This document shows positions 46,301 to 55,769 of a DNA stretch of 64,000 nucleotides, in pieces; position 1 is the first letter of the stretch, and each line of letters begins with the position of its first letter. Both the position numbers and the translations under genes were made by a program. Below the pieces are notes generated by a model. The model had not been told where the DNA came from and ran no database searches. It saw only the letters and a program-made list of their open reading frames with translations. The stretch covers positions 1,283,155 to 1,347,154 of the forward strand of contig JBGANV010000001.1 of NCBI GenBank assembly GCA_044222185.1, given 5' to 3'. The stretch comes from Planctomycetota bacterium. GTDB taxonomy: Bacteria; Planctomycetota; GCA-002687715; CAIWVZ01.

Positions 46301-46646
46301 AGCCCAGCCCGTCGAGTCCGGCTTGCGCGATGCCGTCGCCGCGCTCGCGCTCGCATCGGCGAATTCCACCACGACGACGCCCGCGTTCGATGACGTCTTC
46401 CGCGCCCGCGCCCGGACTCTGGCGATCGACGGCGTTCGTGCGGCGGCGCGCGCGCTCCGCGAGCGTGTCTTGAAGATCGACGAGGCCGAGGCCTGGGCTC
46501 TCGACCCGCGCCTCGATGCAGTCCGAGCCGACGGATCGTCGGCCTCCGTGTCCGCCCAGGATCGGGCCACCATGCAAGCCGCGTGGGACCCGATCATCCG
46601 CGTCGCGAACGGCGAGTCGAGCGAGTCGGCCCGACACCCCCGCTGA
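43335..46646 (+). CDS. Ser/Thr protein kinase (Hanks-type) with Gly/Pro/Arg-rich low-complexity linker and C-terminal TPR-like domain, 1103 aa
   Basis: Internal ATG of 1201-aa ORF; kinase motifs GGMGVVHRA, AVKVM, HRDLKPSNVMV, DWGFAK, GTPAYMPPEQ; likely TM at about aa 375 (VGMSIFVITLLLAGGVLF). Confidence 0.8.
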   Translation: MTDSPHDQDTVASDDSDALWDRAMANAYRPADSPSTADPFERPLTGRYLLLAEIARGGMGVVHRARDERLGREVAVKVMRADRCHDGELVARFLQEAQIGGQLQHPGIVPIHEVGVDAQNRPFISMELVRGQTLAALLAERKDPAENRGRFLGIYEQICHTLAFAHSRGVIHRDLKPSNVMVGTFGEIRVVDWGFAKVLRTPASPPPVRAVPSPPVERPTTIRTSEDSSKSVSGAVLGTPAYMPPEQARGEIDSLDERADVFALGAILCEILTGAPPFAATPTQDALTAAKNADLAAAVARLTTSTSDTELCALAIRCMSADRAGRPADAGEVARAISVHRSQMDERTHRAELSAAEARGRANEERRARRRTVGMSIFVITLLLAGGVLFAWQENERRQETDANDVRLRGVLGEAERLIAAEAFGPAGEALGRARGLMAANPASAAVGAELAAATEHLESSVEAARARDQRRERDANIRTRLEQLRSAGADESEAALRVYGELFRSLEIDPGSQSPEAAASIVEHTSEPLRSSLISAMDDWVARLRDETATDATTTVRPDSPRPPGAGREAGRSPPGAPGGHGPGGRGHEPAPDFGPPPGASSRPRPRGGPGGPPRTGAVPRTAERLLRILQLADADPWRATLRDAVIRDDSEALVELTRDLDPTAKAPRSLDLLALALSRAGERSAAVDVLRRAVRVHAGDLWLHYHLAAFLMEGPINETTDLAEATDHAWVTVALDPGGSFARDQLGRLLAMSSRRAEAVEVLRQGLRHAPGDPVLRASLVRELLLADDVQAALESVGMLPRETTRPDGDDDPLRGVVRSALRSLPAKDRAPRARRWLAAGVEAARIELARLSFILGRHDDVVSVREEALSAQPRNGDLDVIAAAARIAQGRYDDAEALALPARIVGHPGAARREQDAASLRAAWVAIDQGSPADSVEAVLLRARALQHRGRNDEAAACLMAALDVDARLFESFARIDREARMSSPRAQPVESGLRDAVAALALASANSTTTTPAFDDVFRARARTLAIDGVRAAARALRERVLKIDEAEAWALDPRLDAVRADGSSASVSAQDRATMQAAWDPIIRVANGESSESARHPR

Positions 46647-46685
46647 CCTGCGGCCGCGCAGGAACGCGGCCGCACGCGCAACGCC

Positions 46686-48572
46686 TCAGCGCTGCGTGAC
46701 GAGCTTCGACGCCGTCGACCGCAGGCCGTCGGCCAGTTCCTTCAAGCCGTCGCCAGCCTTCAGGATCAGCGTCGCCGCCTCCGTCGTGTTGCGAGCGGCA
46801 TCGACGACGCCGTTGGCGCTCTGCGCGATGTCGTCGAGGCTCCGCGCGGCCTCGCCCATGTTGCGGTTCATCTCGGAGGTCGTCGCCGACTGCTCTTCGA
46901 CGGCGCTCGCGATCGAGCTCGACACCTCGCTGACCTGGTTGATCACCGAGCGGATCTCGTTGATGGCCGCCGTCGCCGATTCGGTCGCCTGTTGGATGGC
47001 CTCGACCTGGCGCGTGATGTCACCCGTCGCATTCGACGTCGCACCCGCAAGCTGCTTGACCTCGTTCGCGACGACCGCGAAGCCCTTGCCGGCATCGCCG
47101 GCGCGCGCCGCCTCGATCGTGGCGTTGAGTGCGAGCAGGTTCGTCTGCGAAGCGATCGTGTGAATGACCTTCACGACCTTGCCGATCTCAGACCCGGCCT
47201 TGCCGAGTGCATCGAAGGTCGACCCGGCCGACTCCACGAGGCGCATGGCGTTCGACGCGATGGACGCGGCATCGGTGGCGCTCTTGGCCAGGCTGTGCAC
47301 GGACGTGCTCAATTCGCGCGCGGCCTGCGCCACGGTGTTCACGTTCTGGGCCACGCGAACGCTGGCAGACGCGGCGGCGTCGGCCCGCGTGCTGGTCTCG
47401 TCCGCACGGCTCCGCAGGTCGCGGCCGATGCCCGCGAGCGACGTCGCCGACGGCATCAGGTTGTTCGCCGAGGTGGCGATCTGCGACAGCGAACGACGGA
47501 CCGACATCAGAAGCTGGCCGAGAGCCTCGCCGACTGGTGCCAGGACATCCTCCGGAAGCTTGGGAACCTCGCGGCTGAAGTCGCCCTGCGACGCAGCCTT
47601 GATGATCTCGAGGAGCGACTGCGCGGCCTGGGCCACACGACGCGCCTGAGCGCCCTCGCGCGCCTGGGCGTCGCCAGCTGCGGCCGTGGCGGTTGCCGCG
47701 GCGGCCTCGGCGGCAGCCGTTGCGGCCTCGGCGGCGGCGACCGCGGCGACGTGATCGTCGTTCACGGCCTGGATGACCGGTGCTGCCGCAACGACGGCGG
47801 ATGCCTTGGCGGCGATCCGCATCGCGGTGACGGCCCCTTGGAACGTGCCGTCTTCCGCGGCGACCGGGCTGATCTCCACGTGGAGGGCCTCGTTCCCGAC
47901 GTCGATCACCTCGTTGAACGGCAGGCGCGATTCGTCGTCCGCCATGCGGGCGGCCTTGCTCCCACCGGGGAACACGTCACCCACCTGGCGCCCCGTGAAC
48001 TCGCGGGCCCGCGTCGGCAGATGGTCGGCGATGCGGCTGAGAAGCGATCGGGCCGCCGGGTTGACGTACGAAACGACGCCGCGCTCGTCGGATAGGACGA
48101 GGGCGACGGAAGTGCACTCGGAGAGGGCGATCATCCGCGCGCTGAGGTTGCGACTCTCCGTGAGCTGCGACCAATCGAGCTCGTCGGCTCCCATGGCGCG
48201 CTGAAGCCCGACGATGGCGGCGTTCGCCGATTGCGCGATGTCACCCAACTCGTCACCGCCGTCGATCGCCGCGCGCGCCGTCATGTCTCCGCGCTGGAGT
48301 GCGTCCATGACGCCACGCAGCTCGCGGAGCCGCTTGACGATCTCGTTCTGGGCGACGAACGCCACGGCAGCGATGGCGAGCACGATGCACCCGGCAACCG
48401 TCCACAGGACACCGGACATGACGCCCGACGCCTCGCTCGCAGCCGCCGGATCCATGCGCCCGACGGCACGCTCCCCGAGCCACCAGCATCCGCCAACGGC
48501 AAGTGCCCCCGCCACGACGAGCGGAGCCACGACCCTGGCAGTGATCCCAAACCGTTTACGAGGTGCGGACAT
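46686..48572 (-). CDS. Methyl-accepting chemotaxis protein (TM sensor, HAMP, Ala/Thr-rich linker, MCP signalling domain)
   Basis: Internal ATG; two TM helices; conserved MCP core ([32 protein letters not shown]); no che genes adjacent. Confidence 0.8.
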   Translation of the reverse strand: MSAPRKRFGITARVVAPLVVAGALAVGGCWWLGERAVGRMDPAAASEASGVMSGVLWTVAGCIVLAIAAVAFVAQNEIVKRLRELRGVMDALQRGDMTARAAIDGGDELGDIAQSANAAIVGLQRAMGADELDWSQLTESRNLSARMIALSECTSVALVLSDERGVVSYVNPAARSLLSRIADHLPTRAREFTGRQVGDVFPGGSKAARMADDESRLPFNEVIDVGNEALHVEISPVAAEDGTFQGAVTAMRIAAKASAVVAAAPVIQAVNDDHVAAVAAAEAATAAAEAAAATATAAAGDAQAREGAQARRVAQAAQSLLEIIKAASQGDFSREVPKLPEDVLAPVGEALGQLLMSVRRSLSQIATSANNLMPSATSLAGIGRDLRSRADETSTRADAAASASVRVAQNVNTVAQAARELSTSVHSLAKSATDAASIASNAMRLVESAGSTFDALGKAGSEIGKVVKVIHTIASQTNLLALNATIEAARAGDAGKGFAVVANEVKQLAGATSNATGDITRQVEAIQQATESATAAINEIRSVINQVSEVSSSIASAVEEQSATTSEMNRNMGEAARSLDDIAQSANGVVDAARNTTEAATLILKAGDGLKELADGLRSTASKLVTQR

Positions 48573-48788
48573 GAACCGACAACTCCTCTCGACGCCCAGC
48601 CCTTGCCGCAGCATTCGACCGCGATGCGACCCGCGCGCCCCGGCGACGTGGTCGCGGGATGGCGGGCCATCCGGGATCCCTCCTGCGGCGCCCGCTGTTG
48701 GATCGACGCGGGCGGTGATGCGGCTTAAGACCGGCGAACGAAGTCGAAGTCGTTCACGCGCGCCGGGAAGCGACGCGCTCGCGCGGCT

Positions 48789-50117
48789 TCATTCAGGAGT
48801 GCCGAGCATGGGCATGAGAAGCGACTTCTTCTCCGCAAGTCGTGCCGGTGTGTCGGCCTCGAGGTTCAGGCGAAGCAACGGCTCGGTGTTGCTCTTGCGG
48901 ACATTGAACCACCAGTTCGGGTAACCGACGGTGACTCCGTCGAGTTCGTCGACCTGGCCGTCCTTGAACGTCTGCTTCAGCTGCGCGATGACACGGTCCT
49001 TGTCCTCGACGTGGAAGTTGATCTCCCCCGTGGATACGTAGCGCCGCGTCGGTTTGATGAGCGAGGACAGCTTCCCACCCGACCGCGAGAGGATCGACAG
49101 CAGCATCACCATGGCGATCTCGCCCGAGTCGGAATAGTAGTTGTCGCGGAAGTAGTAGTGGCCGGACAGCTCGCCGCCGAGGGCTGCCGTCTCCTTGCGC
49201 ATCGTCGCCTTGATGAACGAGTGGCCGACGCGCTCGCGGATCGGGACGCCGCCCAACTCCTTGATGATGTCGGGCACGGCGCGGCTCGAGCGGAGGTCGT
49301 AGACGATCCGCGCGCCCTTCTCCCGCGGGAGGAGGTCCTGGGCGAAGAGCGTCGTCACGGCGTCCGACGGACACGGCGTGCCCGTCTCGTCGATGAACAC
49401 GCAGCGGTCCGCATCTCCGTCGAACGCGATGCCGACGTCGGCCTTCGTCGCACGCACGCGATCGACGAGCGTCTGGATGTTCTCCGCCTTCACGGGGTTC
49501 GCTTCGTGGTTCGGGAACCGTCCGTCGAGGTCGAAGTACAGGCACTCGGCCTCGAGCGGAAGCCGGGCGAGGATGCGCGGGACGGTGTGCCCGCCCATGC
49601 CGTTTCCAGCATCGATCACGACCTTGAGCTTCTTGATGGCAGGGCCGAACTCGAGGACGTGCGCAGCGAACGCGTCGAGCAGGTCCACGTCCTTCACGGG
49701 GGCTGGAGCCGCCGTCGGGACCTGGAGCCCGCCCAGGATGAGCCGCTCCATCTCCTTGATGCCCGTGTCGGCCGACACGGGGACGCAGCCCTTGCGGCAG
49801 AATTTGAATCCGATGTAGGGGCCCGGGTTGTGCGACGCCGTGACCTGCGCGCCGCCATCCGAACCCAGATGACCGATTCCGAAGTACGCCATGGGCGTCG
49901 ACGCAAGCCCGATGCGGGTGACCGCGGCCCCGGACCTGGCTGCGCCGTCGATGAAAGCATCGGCGATCCTGGGCGCGCTCTCACGCATGTCACGTCCGAC
50001 GACGAGGGACTTCGCCCCGGTGACCGTGACGAATGCCGCGCCGATCTTCCGCGCGAGCGCTTCATCCAACTCCGACCCGTACAGCCCGCGAACGTCGTAC
50101 GCCTTGAACACGCTCAT
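48789..50117 (-). CDS. Phosphomannomutase/phosphoglucomutase (alpha-D-phosphohexomutase family)
   Basis: Active-site TASHNP, metal loop FDGDADR, sugar-binding GELSGHYYF. Confidence 0.85.
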   Translation of the reverse strand: MSVFKAYDVRGLYGSELDEALARKIGAAFVTVTGAKSLVVGRDMRESAPRIADAFIDGAARSGAAVTRIGLASTPMAYFGIGHLGSDGGAQVTASHNPGPYIGFKFCRKGCVPVSADTGIKEMERLILGGLQVPTAAPAPVKDVDLLDAFAAHVLEFGPAIKKLKVVIDAGNGMGGHTVPRILARLPLEAECLYFDLDGRFPNHEANPVKAENIQTLVDRVRATKADVGIAFDGDADRCVFIDETGTPCPSDAVTTLFAQDLLPREKGARIVYDLRSSRAVPDIIKELGGVPIRERVGHSFIKATMRKETAALGGELSGHYYFRDNYYSDSGEIAMVMLLSILSRSGGKLSSLIKPTRRYVSTGEINFHVEDKDRVIAQLKQTFKDGQVDELDGVTVGYPNWWFNVRKSNTEPLLRLNLEADTPARLAEKKSLLMPMLGTPE

Positions 50118-51154
50118 CGTTGATCCGTCCTCTTGATTGCGAGTCCGAGGGCGTCGAGCGCCCGTTGGACGTCGTCATCGCCCACGTCGCGATGCATGAC
50201 GAAGCGGACGCGTCCGGCGCCGAAGCCCACGGCGAGGACGCCACGCTCCTTCAGGTCTGCGAGAATCCGGGGAATGGGTGCCGTCGCGATGGAAATCACG
50301 ACGATGTTCGTTTCGGGCTCGACGACCGTCGTACCCGGGAGCGACCTCACGGCGGCAGCAAATCGCCGCGCCCTCGCGTGGTCAGCCGCGAGGTCCGGTG
50401 GCGAATCCAGAGCGAGGAGGCCGGCGGCGGCGAGGATGCCCGACTGACGCATCCCGCCTCCGAGTAGCTTGCGTGCGCGGCGTGCCGCCTTGATGAACTC
50501 GCGCGTCCCCCCGAGCACCGTGCCTACGGGCGCACCCAGCGCCTTCGACAAGCAGAGCGTCACGGTGTCCGCCGACCGTGCCAGGTCGGCGATCGAACAG
50601 CCGAGTGCGACCGCGGCGTTCGCGAGGCGTGCGCCGTCCAGATGCAGGGCGAGGTCGTTGGCCCGCGCCATGGCGGCGACGGACTGGACGTACTCCCGCG
50701 ACAGGACGCATCCGCCTCCCCAGTTGAACGAGTTCTCGAGGACCACGAGTCGTGTCCGCGGGAAATGTGGATCGTCGGCCCGGATCTCCGCGGTGAGAAC
50801 CTCGACGGGCACCTCGCCGCGAGCACCTGACAGCGGTCGTGCCTGGACACCGTGCAAGGCCGCGAGCCCGCCCTGCTCGAAGCGATAGACGTGGGCGCCC
50901 TCGTGCAGCATCACTTCGTCGCCCGGTCGCGTGTGGCAGCGAACGGCAATCTGGTTCGCCATGGTGCCCGACGCGCAGAACAACGCGGCATCCTTGCCGA
51001 GGATCTCGGCGGCTCGCATCTCGAGACGTTGAACCGTCGGGTCGTCGCCGAAGACGTCGTCCCCGACGTCGGCCTCCGCCATGGCTCGCCGCATGGCGTC
51101 CGTGGGGCGCGTGACCGTATCGCTGCGGAAATCGGAGACGCGCGAGGTCGCCAT
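50114..51154 (-). CDS. ltaE: Low-specificity L-threonine aldolase (PLP-dependent)
   Basis: Internal ATG (MATSRVSDFRSDTVTRPTDAMRRAMAEADVGDDVFGDDPTV) of 833-aa ORF; PLP lysine context LCLSKALGAPVG; stop overlaps upstream gene start (ATGA). Confidence 0.8.
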   Translation of the reverse strand: MATSRVSDFRSDTVTRPTDAMRRAMAEADVGDDVFGDDPTVQRLEMRAAEILGKDAALFCASGTMANQIAVRCHTRPGDEVMLHEGAHVYRFEQGGLAALHGVQARPLSGARGEVPVEVLTAEIRADDPHFPRTRLVVLENSFNWGGGCVLSREYVQSVAAMARANDLALHLDGARLANAAVALGCSIADLARSADTVTLCLSKALGAPVGTVLGGTREFIKAARRARKLLGGGMRQSGILAAAGLLALDSPPDLAADHARARRFAAAVRSLPGTTVVEPETNIVVISIATAPIPRILADLKERGVLAVGFGAGRVRFVMHRDVGDDDVQRALDALGLAIKRTDQR

Positions 51155-51159
51155 GGAGA

Positions 51160-52335
51160 TTACTTGCGGACGGCGCTCACCGCCGCCGCGATCCGCCTCA
51201 CGCCCTCGTCGATCACGTCGAACGACGTCGCATAGGAGAGTCGCAGGTGGCCCTCGCCGAACTTCCCGAACGCGGTTCCGGAGAGGCACGCGACGCCGTG
51301 CTCCGTCAGCAGGTAGTCCGCGAACTTCTGGCTGGACATCCCCGTGCCAGTGATGTTCGGAAACACGTAGAACGCGCCCTTCGGCGTGCGGCACGAGATC
51401 CCGGGGATGGCGTTCAGCCCTGCGACGACCCGATCGCGTCGTTCGCGGAAGACGGCCACCATCTTGTCCACCGAGTCCTGTGGACCGCGCAACGCTTCGA
51501 CGGCAGCGAGCTGCGAGAACGACGCCGTGCAGGATGCGCTGTTGATCTGGAGCTTGGTCATCCGCTGGATGACTTCCTTCGGGCCGACGCCATATCCGAG
51601 GCGCCAACCGGTCATCGCGTACGCCTTGCTGAATCCGTCGAGGATCACCGTGCGCTCGCGCATGCCGGGGAACGTCGCGATCGACACGAGCTCGCCGTCG
51701 TAGATGATCCGGCCGTAGATCTCGTCCGAAAGCACGATGAACCGGTGGTCGCGCGCGACCGCCGCGATGTCCTCGAGGACGTGGCGCGGAACGACGCCAC
51801 CCGTCGGATTGCTCGGCGTATTCACGATCACGAGCTTCGTCTTCGGGGTCACGAGCTTCTTGAACGCGGCACCGTCGAACGAGAAGTCGTTGGCCTCGAG
51901 GATCGGGCACGGGACCGGCGTCCCCCCGCAGAACGTGATCATCGATTCGTAGATCGGGAAGCCTGGGTTCGGGTAGATGACCTCGTCCCCTTGATCGATG
52001 AGCGCCAGCATCAAATAGAACATGATCGGCTTCGCGCCCGGGCAGACGAGGACCTCGTCTGGCGATGGGCGGAAGCCTCGCGTTCGCGCGATCTCGTCGG
52101 CGATGGCCTCGCGCAGCGGCGGGAGTCCGGCAGCGGGACCGTAGTGGGTCCAGCCGGAGCTCATGGCCTTCACACCCGCCAGCACGACGTTCGACGGGGT
52201 GTCGAAGTCCGGCTCGCCGATCTCGAGGTGCACGACGCTCTTGCCCTGCGCTTCGAGCGCCCTCGCTCGATTGAGCACCTCGAAGGCCGACTCGGTCCCG
52301 AGCCGGCCCATCCGCTGCGCGAATCCATACTCCAT
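51160..52335 (-). CDS. Pyridoxal-phosphate-dependent aminotransferase, class I (aspartate/aromatic type)
   Basis: Internal ATG (MEYGFAQRMGRLGTESAFEVLNRA); NPTG and SKAYAMTGWRLGY (PLP Lys) motifs. Confidence 0.8.
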   Translation of the reverse strand: MEYGFAQRMGRLGTESAFEVLNRARALEAQGKSVVHLEIGEPDFDTPSNVVLAGVKAMSSGWTHYGPAAGLPPLREAIADEIARTRGFRPSPDEVLVCPGAKPIMFYLMLALIDQGDEVIYPNPGFPIYESMITFCGGTPVPCPILEANDFSFDGAAFKKLVTPKTKLVIVNTPSNPTGGVVPRHVLEDIAAVARDHRFIVLSDEIYGRIIYDGELVSIATFPGMRERTVILDGFSKAYAMTGWRLGYGVGPKEVIQRMTKLQINSASCTASFSQLAAVEALRGPQDSVDKMVAVFRERRDRVVAGLNAIPGISCRTPKGAFYVFPNITGTGMSSQKFADYLLTEHGVACLSGTAFGKFGEGHLRLSYATSFDVIDEGVRRIAAAVSAVRK

Positions 52336-52605
52336 GATCACTCCGTGCCAGAGCGGATGAGACGCACCTCGGCCGCGCGGCGCGAGATGGTAGGTCGCAC
52401 CCCACGCCACCGTCAACGGCGGCCGGCCGACGTTCGCAACGTGCAGTGAGAGAAGGGTGAAGCGTCGAACTCGCGCCCCGTTTCCCCCGGCTCGGATCAA
52501 GCCCGCCGATGACCGAGTACGCACCGTGCGACCTCCGCGTTCGCACATCGTCGCACTTGAGACTCATTCGCATCAAACTAAAGTGGACCCGTGCAGAGGA
52601 CCCAC

Positions 52606-54024
52606 ATGAAATCACAGCAACTCACCCCTAACCAATTTTGCTCCATGAGGTTGTGCGCCGCGCTCCTGACGACGCTCCTGTCCGCGTCCGTCGCCGCTCA
52701 GGATTCTCGCCCCGACGTCGCGGGCCTGGCCGCTCGGCTCGACGCACTCCAGCGAGAAGTCGCCGAACGCGCGGCCCACGAAAGACAGCTCGAGGAGCGG
52801 GTCGCCGACCTGCAGCGCGCGGTCGCGGCGAAGCCGGCGATCGATCCGGCCCGCCTCGAGGCACTGGAGGACATGGCGTCGGGCCGCATCCAAGCGGTCG
52901 ACGAGGCCGTCGCGCGCATCGAGCACCTCGGGAACCTCGACCGCGACACCTCGGCGCTCTCCGTCGGCGGCTACTTCGACTTCGAGTTCCGCGACGACCA
53001 CGCGGAGGAGCACGACACCTTCGACCAGCACCGCTTCATCCTGAAATTCGACGCGGACGTCCTCGACGACACGATCACCTTCAAATCCGAGGTGGAGATC
53101 GAAGGCGGGGGCACCGCCGACTACCTCTCCGATTCCGAGGTGGCCGTGGAATTCGCCGAGCTCCACTTCCACTTCGACCGCGCGCTGAACCTGAAGGTCG
53201 GTGCGCTGCTGGTGCCGTTCGGGCGACTGAACTATCGCCACGACTCGTTCCTCCAGGAGCTGACGGACCGTCCCCTCGTCGACACGTTCATCGTCCCGAC
53301 GACGTGGACCGAGTCCGGGGCCGGGCTCTACGGTGCCGTCGACGCGGGTGGCGTGGTGTTCGACTACGACGTCCTCGTCTCGAACGGGCTGGACCAGGAC
53401 TTCGACGCGACGGCCGGCGGAGGTTTCCGCGACGCGCGCGGTTCGTTTCGCGAAGACAACAACGACGGCAAGATGCTGACCGGCCGCATCGGGATCACAC
53501 CGGAGGTGGGATTCCTGGATGCGCTGAACGTCGGCGTTTCGGGCGCCACGGGGAACTACGACGATCGGAACCAGCACCGGCTGACGCTCTGGGGCGTGGA
53601 CCTCACGGCGCGCCGCGGCCCGTTCGAGCTGCTCTTCGAGTACACGTCGGCCAATCTCGAGCGCGACGCGGCGCTCACCGCGGCGGGCGTTCCCGGCGGG
53701 GCGTCGGGCCTCTACGCGCAGCTCGGGTTCCGATTCTTCCCCGAGTCGTGGCGCGGTACCGCACCGTTCTTCACGCAGTCATCCACGTTCACTCTCGTGT
53801 TCCGGTACGACACCGTCGATACGGACGACTCCGGCCGCGCCATCGACCGCATCGCTCGCGGCGACGGGTTCCGTGACGACGTTCAGCGGTTCACGTTCGG
53901 AGTGAATTTCCGTCCCATCGAGAAGACCGTGGTGAAGGTCGAGTACCAGTGGTTCGCGGAGCCCAGTGGCATCGACGACGCCGACAACGACCGGATCGTC
54001 ATCTCCTTCGCGACGGCGTTCTGA
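52606..54024 (+). CDS. Outer-membrane beta-barrel porin-like protein with N-terminal coiled-coil (phosphate-selective porin O/P-like architecture)
   Basis: Signal MRLCAALLTTLLSASVAAQ region; coiled coil (LDALQREVAERAAHERQLEERVADLQRAV); alternating amphipathic beta-strands; C-terminal aromatic residue (SFATAF). Confidence 0.55.
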   Translation: MKSQQLTPNQFCSMRLCAALLTTLLSASVAAQDSRPDVAGLAARLDALQREVAERAAHERQLEERVADLQRAVAAKPAIDPARLEALEDMASGRIQAVDEAVARIEHLGNLDRDTSALSVGGYFDFEFRDDHAEEHDTFDQHRFILKFDADVLDDTITFKSEVEIEGGGTADYLSDSEVAVEFAELHFHFDRALNLKVGALLVPFGRLNYRHDSFLQELTDRPLVDTFIVPTTWTESGAGLYGAVDAGGVVFDYDVLVSNGLDQDFDATAGGGFRDARGSFREDNNDGKMLTGRIGITPEVGFLDALNVGVSGATGNYDDRNQHRLTLWGVDLTARRGPFELLFEYTSANLERDAALTAAGVPGGASGLYAQLGFRFFPESWRGTAPFFTQSSTFTLVFRYDTVDTDDSGRAIDRIARGDGFRDDVQRFTFGVNFRPIEKTVVKVEYQWFAEPSGIDDADNDRIVISFATAF

Positions 54025-54037
54025 GAGGGGTCCCACG

Positions 54038-54385
54038 ATGATTCGAACCGGATTCGTTCGTGCGATCACGGGCCCCGTGATCGCAATCGCGATCGCGGCC
54101 GCCGGCTGCGGCACGACGGATGGTGGGCGTCCGCGCGAGGGGTCCGCTCCCCTGGAGACCGAGGCAAATCCCGTCGGAGGTCTTTCCGACGCCGACGTCG
54201 GGATGGGCCGGAGTCTCTTCGAGCGCTCGTGTGACACCTGCCATGCACTGCCGAGCCCGTCGGTGCACACGGACGACGAATGGGTTCGCGTCGTGAAGAC
54301 CATGGGCCGTGACGCGCGAATCACCGCGGCGGACCAGCGGGAGATCCTCCGGTTCCTCCAGGCCGCGAACGGATCCGCGCGGTAG
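54038..54385 (+). CDS. Small monoheme c-type cytochrome lipoprotein
   Basis: Internal ATG 13 nt after porin stop; lipobox AIAAAGCG; single CDTCH heme-binding motif. Confidence 0.6.
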   Translation: MIRTGFVRAITGPVIAIAIAAAGCGTTDGGRPREGSAPLETEANPVGGLSDADVGMGRSLFERSCDTCHALPSPSVHTDDEWVRVVKTMGRDARITAADQREILRFLQAANGSAR

Positions 54386-54401
54386 GCGATGCCGCGTCGC
54401 G

Positions 54402-55763
54402 TCACTTGCCCTGTGTGAGCGCCTTCCGATACTCCGCCTCGGCGGCGCGGCGCTCGCCTTCCGGGAGATCGGGGTCCTGGATGACGATGCGCCCGGACAT
54501 GGCGTTCAGCGCGTCGATCGCTTCCGTCCGCGCGATGACGGACGCGTCGAAGAGATACCTGGCTGCCATGTCGAAGTCCGCGGACGAGCGCGTCAGCCAC
54601 ACGCGTGCGAGGTCGACGGCTCGCGCGACCTCGGGCTCCTTGCGTGCTCGTAGTGCGTCGAGCGACGGGGCGTCGGCAGGCGAACCATTCCTCGCCAGGC
54701 CGCGGACGGCCGCGATGACGACGGATGCGTCGCCATCAGCCAGGCACGACTTCAACGCCGGCACCAGGTCGCCGCCCAGTTCGCCAGCAGCGATGGCGGC
54801 ACGGGAGCGCACGGCCGCATTCGGGTCGGCGATCAACGACCGAACCAGTCCGCGGGACTCCGGCGTCGCGATCTGCCCCAGAACCTGGGCCAGGCCGCCG
54901 CGCCATGTCGGGTTGTCCGGCGATCGCGACTTTTCGAGGCCCTCCACGACGAAGGGCACGGCCGCGGGCCCGAGCCGCTGGAGCATCTTTCGCCCCTGCT
55001 CCATGAAGAGGAACTGGAACTCCCCGACGAGCTCGACGTGCCGGCGGATGCGGCGGTCCGTCTGCGCGTCCTGTCCGATCGCATAGGGCGCACCCTCGCC
55101 GTTGAGCTTCTTGCCCGACGCCTTGAAGGTCTCCCACCAGGCGCGCCACCGTTCGACCGCCTCGGCTCGACGCGTCAGACCGACATCCGAGTCGAAGCCG
55201 AAGTCCTGGCCGCTGGCCTCCTTCAGGAAGCGGTTCGCGTGTTCGTTCACGTAGGCCTTCTTGTCGAGGGCCGCGATGAGCGTGGGGATCCCGGCCCGGC
55301 TGCCGAGCTTCAGCAGGGCGTGAGCCGCGTGGACGGAGACGAGTGACTCACGATCGTCGAGGGCGAGCAGGAGATCGGGCAACGCCAACGTCGTCCCGCA
55401 CTTCTCCAAGGCCATCACGGCCGTCGCTCGCTGGTTCGCACGGGTGTCCGCTCCGGAGAACTTGTTCTCCTCGACGCGGTAGCCGAGCTTGGCCTGCGGG
55501 TCGTCGAACAGAAGGAACGCCGTCTGACTGACGTCCTTCATCGTGTAGATCAAACCGCGAACGACGTCGGCGTCGCCGGGCCGCGCGTTCGCGAGCATGC
55601 GGCGGCAACGCTCGTACTGGTCGACCGAGGGATCGAGGAATGGCGCGGCGACTTCCGGCTCGGGCTTGACCGCAGGGAAGACCGGACGGTCGGGGCCGTG
55701 GGTCTTCGGTCCACAGCCCAAGAGGCCGACGAGCCCCAGCGTGACGATCGTGGCGCGTTTCAT
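54402..55763 (-). CDS. HEAT-repeat lipoprotein
   Basis: Lipobox LVGLLGCG; multiple PEVR/HEAT-like repeats (AAVRSRAAIAAGELGGDLVPALKSCLADGDASVVIAAVRGLARNG). Confidence 0.65.
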   Translation of the reverse strand: MKRATIVTLGLVGLLGCGPKTHGPDRPVFPAVKPEPEVAAPFLDPSVDQYERCRRMLANARPGDADVVRGLIYTMKDVSQTAFLLFDDPQAKLGYRVEENKFSGADTRANQRATAVMALEKCGTTLALPDLLLALDDRESLVSVHAAHALLKLGSRAGIPTLIAALDKKAYVNEHANRFLKEASGQDFGFDSDVGLTRRAEAVERWRAWWETFKASGKKLNGEGAPYAIGQDAQTDRRIRRHVELVGEFQFLFMEQGRKMLQRLGPAAVPFVVEGLEKSRSPDNPTWRGGLAQVLGQIATPESRGLVRSLIADPNAAVRSRAAIAAGELGGDLVPALKSCLADGDASVVIAAVRGLARNGSPADAPSLDALRARKEPEVARAVDLARVWLTRSSADFDMAARYLFDASVIARTEAIDALNAMSGRIVIQDPDLPEGERRAAEAEYRKALTQGK

Positions 55764-55769
55764 CGGATC

